42,308 nucleotides of DNA from Gemmatimonadota bacterium (lineage in GTDB: Bacteria > Gemmatimonadota > Gemmatimonadetes > Gemmatimonadales > GWC2-71-9). Shown one piece after another: positions 15,492-22,191 of the stretch. Position 1 is the stretch's first letter; each line of letters opens with the position of its first letter. A program made the position numbers and the translations under genes. The stretch spans positions 1 through 42,308 of the forward strand of contig JAZDCZ010000068.1 in the NCBI GenBank assembly GCA_036679605.1. The letters run 5' to 3'. Below the pieces are notes generated by a model, which searched no databases, was not told the origin of the DNA, and saw nothing but the letters and a program-made list of their open reading frames with translations.

Positions 15492-16832
15492 TCAGTTGAT
15501 AGGTGCTGGGAGAGCGACTCCAGCACTTTGTTCGTAGGCGGTGCAACCGTCAGACCAGGATGTCGAGACGGTTTGCTTCACACAATTGGTACCGTTCAAC
15601 GTTTGCCCTGCTGGGCAGCTGTACGTCACGGTAGGCGGTGAAGTGACGGTGTGTGAGCACTGCATGCCTTGCACTTGATCGCCGGCGTTGCAGTTTGCTG
15701 TCCCGCCAATCGTGGTGGTCATGGTGCACTGCGTGCCGTCGAAGGTGTATCCATCGGGGCACGACTGCAAAGGCACGTACCACGGCATGTAGCACGAGCC
15801 CGTGCCCCAGCAGCTACCGGGCGCCCAAAGACGCATGCCGTTGTACACAGGTGGGGGCGGATCGGGCATCTCTCCCAGAGGTGTTCCTGGACCATAGCCG
15901 CCGAGAAAAACGCAATAGGGACGGCCAGCGGGGTCAGAGATGCTGAGCCAACCGTCACTAGGGCAATAGGGAGTTCCCTGAATCGATGACGTTTGCACGC
16001 AAGAATAGCCAGCCTGAATGTAACCGCTTGGGCATGTCACCCAAGCCGGATAATCGGTGTGGCTGGTACACCAATTGTTGTTGAGCGTCTGGCCTGCGGG
16101 ACAGGTGGTACTTGAATAGGCTCCGGTCAGCGTATTGACAATGGTCGCACTTAAGGTCTGAGAGCAGGCATTGTCTGAAGTGTCTGTTGAAACGATGCAA
16201 GTGTTGTACTCGTACTGAGCCGGCTTGGTTACTACCGTGCTTGTAGTGCAGGTCTGCCCTTGGTTCTTCGTAGTCTCGGGGAGTTTGAGCGTGCCCTGAA
16301 ACATCGGGTCGTTGATGGTGACCTGGTCGCGATAACCGAATTGCGACTGGCCGGCGCCGAATGTGCCTGCGCAGTTGGGAGAGTTGGCTTGCGAGAAGCC
16401 CGCGTTGCCCAACACTTGTCGCTGACTGTTGCTGGGCTGGAAGCACTGGTTGTTGAGGAAGTTGACGGCTGCGCAGTCCTGGTTGCGGTATTGGTCGCTG
16501 CCCGGCACATAGTTTGCGCAATCAGACATGGCCTTGTTACCCAGGCCAGTCAAACTGCCCGCTTTGGCGGCGCTTAAGATCGAGCCGTCGGTGTTGGGGT
16601 TCGAGAACCCTGCCAAACCTCCTGGCACGTTGGTAGGCATGGCCGTTTGGCCCGACCAGGTGCCGCCATTGACGCCGGCTGGGTTCACGATCTGACTCGG
16701 TGAGGTGGGCGCCAGGGTGCGGGCAAAGGCCGTGCCGTTGGCCACTTGGGCTGGGCTCTGGGCAAAGGCCGCACCCGCGCACAGCAGCAACGGCAACAAG
16801 AAAATGCGGGAGTTGAGCATGTCGGCCCTCAT
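15492..16832 (-). CDS. traN: TraN N-terminal part; Cys-rich exported adhesin-like protein
   Basis: Signal peptide AFA-Q, repeated CP.G.TL.G..C units, WSDGCTAYEQ end typical of the TraN N-terminal half; start may be 16820. Confidence 0.7.
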   Translation of the reverse strand: MRADMLNSRIFLLPLLLCAGAAFAQSPAQVANGTAFARTLAPTSPSQIVNPAGVNGGTWSGQTAMPTNVPGGLAGFSNPNTDGSILSAAKAGSLTGLGNKAMSDCANYVPGSDQYRNQDCAAVNFLNNQCFQPSNSQRQVLGNAGFSQANSPNCAGTFGAGQSQFGYRDQVTINDPMFQGTLKLPETTKNQGQTCTTSTVVTKPAQYEYNTCIVSTDTSDNACSQTLSATIVNTLTGAYSSTTCPAGQTLNNNWCTSHTDYPAWVTCPSGYIQAGYSCVQTSSIQGTPYCPSDGWLSISDPAGRPYCVFLGGYGPGTPLGEMPDPPPPVYNGMRLWAPGSCWGTGSCYMPWYVPLQSCPDGYTFDGTQCTMTTTIGGTANCNAGDQVQGMQCSHTVTSPPTVTYSCPAGQTLNGTNCVKQTVSTSWSDGCTAYEQSAGVALPAPIN

Positions 16833-17365
16833 CAGCGTCGCGCTGGGCGATTCGACGGTTGCTGCATCAGTTTGGCGGCGTCCTCCGGCTTCATGCTGCC
16901 GGCGGCCACCGCAGCGTCGATCGCTTGCTTGACTTCCGGCGTATCGATCGGGGTGGTTCCGTCAGAGCACCGTGCGTTGGCCAGCACCAATTTGCCTGGC
17001 GCGTTGCGGCATACCCGTTGTGGCGGATCGCCGTTCTCGCAGATGTTGAGCTGCCCGCCGAGCTCCGGCCAAACCTGGTGTGCGCTGGGCTGGCCGACCA
17101 CGAACAGGACGCGGCCACAGCGCGGCTGGTCTTTGAACATCTGCAGGCGCTGGGTGTAAAGCACGACGGGACCTGCGTCGTTGGTGCTGGCTCGGATCGC
17201 AGTAACGGCGCGGCCGAACATGCCGTCCGCATCCAGCGGCATCTGCGCCGAACCGTGGACTAGCGCTTCAATCATGAGATCGCGGGCCGAATCATCAAGC
17301 GCGTAGCTGGCCGTCGGCAGAGCGAGGAGGAGGGAGCTGACCAGGAGGGGAAGCCGAATGTGCAT
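16832..17365 (-). CDS. exported hypothetical protein (177 aa, 4 Cys)
   Basis: Signal peptide; TGATG coupling to traN-N. Confidence 0.75.
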   Translation of the reverse strand: MHIRLPLLVSSLLLALPTASYALDDSARDLMIEALVHGSAQMPLDADGMFGRAVTAIRASTNDAGPVVLYTQRLQMFKDQPRCGRVLFVVGQPSAHQVWPELGGQLNICENGDPPQRVCRNAPGKLVLANARCSDGTTPIDTPEVKQAIDAAVAAGSMKPEDAAKLMQQPSNRPARR

Positions 17366-17374
17366 AGGGGTGGG

Positions 17375-18541
17375 TTATCGTTTTGCAGGTGCCACGAGCG
17401 CAGTAAACAGATCGACGTCCTGTTGGCGGAATGGCAGGTACGGCACGCTCCAGCCATAGTGAAAGCGATTGGATGCGCGCAGCCGTTCGAGCTCCCGGAT
17501 CTCGGTGGGCACGAAGCCGACGATGCCCGGCACCACCGTGCTGGCGCGGATTTCAGCTTCTTTCGGATCCTTCGGCGTGATCGACGACGCGCGATAGCAG
17601 CGCTGAGCATCGTCCTTAAGCGCGGCGGCATTGAGTGCACGGCGCTGCCGGTTGAGTAGTGCGTACTTGCAGGCAAGGTATTGCGGCTCCGGCGCTGCTT
17701 CGCGCGTCACCTGTTCGAGCAGCGCGTAGCCATCGTCGACGCCGGTGCCGATCGAATGGCGCAGCAAGGTGACCTTCTGTGTCAGCGTGACCCGGTTGTC
17801 ATAGAGCGCTTTCGGCAGTCCCGCGAGATCCGACCAGCAGCCCTGCGCATACTGTGCAGCCTGCGCGCGATCGCCTCGCCGGTAGGCGATGAAGGCACCG
17901 AAGCCGCACACCCGATAAGACGCCTCGGGCGCGATCTGGGCCGCTTGCGCGACCAAGGCCCCGGCGGTGTTCAGGTCGGCGGCTTGGCCTTTTCCATAGG
18001 CAGCGGCGAGCGCAAGGTTGTACAGCGCCGGCTGATAGTTCATCGCTGCGGCGGCCCGGTACCAGTCCAGAGCGCGTGCCACATTGCGGGGCGCGCCGAA
18101 GAGGCCGTATTCGGCAATGAAGCCTTGGAACGTCATGGCTTCAGGGCTCCTGCGGGCAGCCAGATCCGTCAGCTTGCCGAGCAAGGCCTGGCGCTCGGCG
18201 GGCTTGGCGCTGGCCGCCTCGATCATCCACGTGACGTAGGTCTCACCATCGCTGGAGACGACATTGTGCGTGCCGTACTTGAGCTGCGTGCCGACCTCTG
18301 TCGCCTTGGGTAGCGCTGACTTGGCCTGCGCGACAGCGGCGGCGTCGATGCTGTTGACCACACCGACATTTTGCTGCCGGTAGCTCTTCACGAAGCCCTT
18401 GAAGACATCGGAATTGAACGTGGACTCGGCGAAGTTGCGGACACTGTCCGGGGTGACTGCTTCACCTTGTGCAAAAGCACTGTGCATTCCCCCCATTAGC
18501 AGGGTCGCAATGAATTGAGGAATCCAACGTTGTATCCGCAT
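17375..18541 (-). CDS. exported Sel1-repeat (TPR-like) protein
   Basis: Signal peptide AFA-Q; Sel1 motifs YGLFGAPRNVARALDWYRAAAAMNYQPALYNLALAAAYGKG. Confidence 0.85.
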   Translation of the reverse strand: MRIQRWIPQFIATLLMGGMHSAFAQGEAVTPDSVRNFAESTFNSDVFKGFVKSYRQQNVGVVNSIDAAAVAQAKSALPKATEVGTQLKYGTHNVVSSDGETYVTWMIEAASAKPAERQALLGKLTDLAARRSPEAMTFQGFIAEYGLFGAPRNVARALDWYRAAAAMNYQPALYNLALAAAYGKGQAADLNTAGALVAQAAQIAPEASYRVCGFGAFIAYRRGDRAQAAQYAQGCWSDLAGLPKALYDNRVTLTQKVTLLRHSIGTGVDDGYALLEQVTREAAPEPQYLACKYALLNRQRRALNAAALKDDAQRCYRASSITPKDPKEAEIRASTVVPGIVGFVPTEIRELERLRASNRFHYGWSVPYLPFRQQDVDLFTALVAPAKR

Positions 18542-18563
18542 TGATTTGATCGGCAATGAATAA

Positions 18564-18612
18564 TTGAGGGCGACACCGGGTTTAATTATAATCAGTTCAG
18601 AAACCGATACAA
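18564..18612. promoter_or_regulatory. overlapping divergent promoters: (+) TTGAGG-N17-TATAAT and (-) TTGTAT-N16-TATAAT
   Basis: + strand -35 18564-18569 and -10 18587-18592; - strand -35 18612-18607 and -10 18590-18585, sharing ATTATAAT. Confidence 0.55.
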
Positions 18613-18675
18613 ATTAATATCGTGATCGGTGCCGCAATCACAACAGCGATGTTGTTTAACCCGATAGGGGGGGGA

Positions 18676-20205
18676 ATGAGCGAATCAAACGTGCCGGAAG
18701 TGGGGGGGCTAGCCGCGCTGTCCACTGAGGAGCGCCGGGCCATCATGCTCATCAACGATGGAAACACCGATGAAGCCCGGATCGAGCAGGTGATACGCGA
18801 TCTCTTCGTGTGGGGGGTCGTGACGAAATCCTCCGACCTGCACCTTAGCGGGAGGGGCGACCGCGAGAGCCCAGTGATTGTGGCCAACGTGCGCACACCC
18901 AGCGGATTTCGGAATTTCCTGTTTCGCTATCCGACCTCCAAAGGCAGGCATTGGCAAACCAAGTTATTTAGCCTCACAGGTACACCGCAAGGCGCGTCGA
19001 CACCGGATATCTCCTCGACTCGTTTTGAAATGGTGTTGCCGGCTAAGTTCGCGCTGGCACATGGACTTAAGCCGTTTGAAGGTGAAGACACGTACCCGGT
19101 CGATGTGCGGGTCGAGTACACCAAGACCTTTAACGGGTTCTCCTTTGTGTGCCGTTTGCTGGACTCACAGCGGGCCCCCAAGCTGCATGAATTGGGCTTG
19201 TCCTACACCATGCACAGGGTCATCCTGCGCGCGCTCGCGGAGCCGAGTGGTCTAATCCTGGTGACTGGGCCGACGGGTTCCGGCAAGACCACCTTGCTCA
19301 ACGCGATGCTGGGCGTGCTCAACGATGGCACGCGTGCCATCCATACGATCGAGCACCCGGTCGAAATTGCGTTGCGCGGTTGGGGGCCGATCAAGCAGGT
19401 GCAGATCGGCGGCAACATCACCTTCCCGCGCGCATTGCGCTCCGCGTTGAGGCAGGATCCCGACGTCATCATGATCGGTGAGATTCGCGACGCAGAAACC
19501 ATGGAAATCGCCCTGCAGGCCGCACAGACCGGCCATTTGGTACTTGCCACATTGCACACCAACAACAGCGCGGAAACCTATACCCGGGCCATCGACCTGA
19601 CCATGGACAAGGAGCGCGATGCGTATCGGCTGGCGCAGTCGGTAAAGCTGGTGACGGCGCAGCGCCTACTCGACCGCTACGAAGGCGAGGCGAGCACGCG
19701 GGCCTTGTCCCGGGATGAGCGGGAGTGGCTTTCGGCCAACGGCATGCATCTCGGCGCACAAATCACGGAGACGGTGCCAGTGGTGGAGGCGGGGCGGCCC
19801 AAGCGCGCCGGCAAGGTGGCGCTGCTGGAGACCATCGTCACCACGCACGAGATCAAACAGCTGCTGCGTAGTGCGCGGGTCAACACCTCCGACATTTACA
19901 AGGCGGCCTGCAATCAGGACCAGTTCGAGCCGCTGGCCATGGGCGGGGTGCGGGCGATGCAGGGCTTGGGTGCGCGTTTGCAGGACTGTGTCGAGCAGCT
20001 CGAAAGCATGACCGACGCCGAGCAGACGCCGTGCTTGCGTCTGCAACTGGCGGAGCGCTATCGACTGAACTATGTGGAAGTGGCCGAAGCGATTGATGCC
20101 TATCATCGGGCAGCGGACGCCGGCAGCCACCAGACGCTGGAAGCGTTCTTTGCGCAGCGGTGCGGCGCGCCTCATGGCGCCAACCTGGAAGAGGAGGTGG
20201 TCTGA
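18676..20205 (+). CDS. GspE/PulE/PilB-family secretion ATPase
   Basis: SSDLHL, VTGPTGSGKTT, TIEHPVE (Asp box), LRQDPDVIMIGEIRD, AAQTGHLVLATLH (His box). Confidence 0.93.
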   Translation: MSESNVPEVGGLAALSTEERRAIMLINDGNTDEARIEQVIRDLFVWGVVTKSSDLHLSGRGDRESPVIVANVRTPSGFRNFLFRYPTSKGRHWQTKLFSLTGTPQGASTPDISSTRFEMVLPAKFALAHGLKPFEGEDTYPVDVRVEYTKTFNGFSFVCRLLDSQRAPKLHELGLSYTMHRVILRALAEPSGLILVTGPTGSGKTTLLNAMLGVLNDGTRAIHTIEHPVEIALRGWGPIKQVQIGGNITFPRALRSALRQDPDVIMIGEIRDAETMEIALQAAQTGHLVLATLHTNNSAETYTRAIDLTMDKERDAYRLAQSVKLVTAQRLLDRYEGEASTRALSRDEREWLSANGMHLGAQITETVPVVEAGRPKRAGKVALLETIVTTHEIKQLLRSARVNTSDIYKAACNQDQFEPLAMGGVRAMQGLGARLQDCVEQLESMTDAEQTPCLRLQLAERYRLNYVEVAEAIDAYHRAADAGSHQTLEAFFAQRCGAPHGANLEEEVV

Positions 20206-20206
20206 G

Positions 20207-20833
20207 ATGAAACGCCGTGCAATGGTCACGTGGTTGGGGGCGCTGTGCGTCTCTCGGTCGGTTTGGGCGCAGGCACCGGCCGGCATGGAGCAGTTCAAGC
20301 CCTACCTTCAGGTCAAGCCAGTGGCGGGCGACGAGGAGACTGTGCGGGTCTTCTTCTCCCCTGGCTGCCCATTCTCCCGGTCCTATTTCCAGTTCTTCAA
20401 GAATCTGGAAGCGACCCTGCCCAAGGACAAGAAGTTCGCCTTCACGCCGCTGGTGAACAAGGCGGACGGCATCCAATTCGCGCTGAGCTTTCTGGCCGTT
20501 CAAAAATATCACCCGGCCTACGTCCACAACTTTATGGAGGCAGCCTTTATCGGCGTCCAGGACAAGGGGCTGGCCACGCGGAACTGGGCAGGCATTGAGC
20601 GCATTGGCCAAGCCGCCCATGTGCCCGTGTCGGTGCCGGCACTGGTGCAAGCTCACAGCGAGACGCTGCGCACGGCGCTGCAGGCCTTGTTGGTTACGCA
20701 GAAAGGGTTGCAGGTGACTAATACGCCGGCGGTAACGGTGGCCGGCACCTTCATCGTGACCCCGGAATTCACCAACGGGGACACCGCTTTGTTCAGCCAA
20801 CTGGTCAACGGTGTCATCTCGATGGCGCGCTAA
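20207..20833 (+). CDS. DsbA-like thioredoxin-fold exported protein with CxxS (CPFS)
   Basis: FFSPGCPFSRSY active-site region, VTNTPAVTVAG cis-Pro loop, signal peptide MKRRAMV...VWA. Confidence 0.8.
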   Translation: MKRRAMVTWLGALCVSRSVWAQAPAGMEQFKPYLQVKPVAGDEETVRVFFSPGCPFSRSYFQFFKNLEATLPKDKKFAFTPLVNKADGIQFALSFLAVQKYHPAYVHNFMEAAFIGVQDKGLATRNWAGIERIGQAAHVPVSVPALVQAHSETLRTALQALLVTQKGLQVTNTPAVTVAGTFIVTPEFTNGDTALFSQLVNGVISMAR

Positions 20834-20946
20834 CCGCCGCCGTCCCGCACGGGGGAATACCTGCCTCCCCCCCAATTTCCGGGCGCCGACGCTCGCCGTT
20901 GTAAAATTCGGGCTGCCCAAGAAAGTCACTTCCGCACCATGTCTCC

Positions 20947-21468
20947 ATGTTGACTGAGAACCAAAAAGTACTCATTGCCAAGGGCCTCAACAGAGGGCTC
21001 ATGGATACGCTCATTGCGCATCGGCTGGGTGTCTCGCATATGGCGGTGTACCTTTACCGCAAGCAGCTCGGTATCCGCTCCGAGCAGGTGCGGGAAACCC
21101 GCTACGACACATGGATCCGGCTGCTGGAGGAGGGGCGATCCGTGGAGGCCGTGGCGAGCCTCTACGAAGTCAAGCCCGATACCATCCTGACGACGCTGTA
21201 CCGGACGCGCGAATTCTCCTATCCGGAAGTCAAAGAGCGTGCGCGCTTGGCCAAGGAAGAAGATATGCGCCGGGCGCTTGGCGTGACCGTGCGCGATCTG
21301 CAAGCGCAGCGAATGCAGGCTTGGGTGAAACTCGGGCAGGCCGGGATGACAGTGGAACAGATCGCTGAGACCTACGACGTCGATCCCAAGGAGGTGACGG
21401 CCGTGCTGCGCAAGCACAAGGTCAGCGTGGTCAAGCCGAAAGTCGAAGAGGCGTCGTTTGACTGGTAG
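20947..21468 (+). CDS. putative DNA-binding protein with three HTH motifs
   Basis: IAHRLGVSHMAVY, SVEAVASLYEVKPDTI, TVEQIAETYDVDPKEV. Confidence 0.75.
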   Translation: MLTENQKVLIAKGLNRGLMDTLIAHRLGVSHMAVYLYRKQLGIRSEQVRETRYDTWIRLLEEGRSVEAVASLYEVKPDTILTTLYRTREFSYPEVKERARLAKEEDMRRALGVTVRDLQAQRMQAWVKLGQAGMTVEQIAETYDVDPKEVTAVLRKHKVSVVKPKVEEASFDW

Positions 21469-21473
21469 CATGC

Positions 21474-21487
21474 TTTCGCATGCGAAA
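21474..21487. promoter_or_regulatory. 14-bp palindrome TTTCGCATGCGAAA (parS/KorB-operator-like)
   Basis: Perfect palindrome; a 1-mismatch copy lies at 4498-4511. Confidence 0.4.
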
Positions 21488-21502
21488 CGATCTTAGATGC
21501 AC

Positions 21503-21528
21503 AAAAGCCCGCATTGAGCGGGCTTTTT
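21503..21528 (+). terminator. intrinsic terminator (potentially bidirectional)
   Basis: AAAAGCCCGC-ATTGA-GCGGGCTTTTT after the HTH gene. Confidence 0.85.
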
Positions 21529-21775
21529 AAACAGAATTCGGTTCGCTATCCACTGCGCTGGTTGTCCACCAGCAGGAACCACTTCCGGCCAAATTCGTTA
21601 CCCTCAGAATGCGCGACGGACGGAGGTGGCGCCGCGTCTTTGGCATTTACCATAAATCCGATTATGCGTTGAAATCGCCCATGCCGTCAGCGGGGCGCTG
21701 CACCGTACCGGTGATCGGGGCATACGGCCACCACGGTATCCCGAGCGCCACGGTTAGCAACGCTTCCAGCATAGT

Positions 21776-21800
21776 AAAAATCGGCCGCTCTGGCCGATTT
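21776..21800 (-). terminator. intrinsic terminator after the cationic small gene
   Basis: Minus strand AAATCGGCC-AGAGC-GGCCGATTTTT. Confidence 0.65.
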
Positions 21801-21829
21801 CTTTGCGCTGCGCACGTCGGAGCCGCGGG

Positions 21830-22030
21830 TCAGAAGCCCGGGCCACCTCGCGTGCCGAAGCCGTTGCGGCGCCCAGGCGTACCCGCACCGATCCCCTGCC
21901 AGTTGAAGCGCTTGATGTGCGCCGGCTTGCCGCCAGCGGCGCGCAGATGACGCCCGCGCTTGCCGCTCGCCGGTTTTACTGCGAACGCAGCCGCCAACAG
22001 GGCGCTGATTTTCTTGATGAGAGTGCTCAT
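21830..22030 (-). CDS. 66-aa highly cationic Gly-rich small protein
   Basis: Very strong SD GGAGGTG, AT-rich upstream region, downstream terminator; 13 K/R and no D/E. Confidence 0.65.
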   Translation of the reverse strand: MSTLIKKISALLAAAFAVKPASGKRGRHLRAAGGKPAHIKRFNWQGIGAGTPGRRNGFGTRGGPGF

Positions 22031-22191
22031 AATCACCTCCACAATTATGTGGACTATAAAATCACATTAACACGAATACCCTACTGGGTAAATGGTGCTG
22101 TTTCGCGTTAACAACGCCTGCACGCGGGCAAAAGAAAACCCGCGCCGCAGCGCGGGCATGGGCGCGCAAGCCGCGCACCAGGTTGCCTGCG

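Noticed and set aside
15481..15526. traN pseudogene by frameshift
   Set aside because: The second ORF has its own SD and signal peptide, and both halves are intact
18676..20205. Complete type II secretion or type IV pilus system
   Set aside because: No GspF/PilC, class III pilins, prepilin peptidase or secretin in the window
21662..21772. 36-aa minus-strand ORF MLEALLTVALGIPWWPY...
   Set aside because: Begins immediately after a terminator with no SD; unsupported
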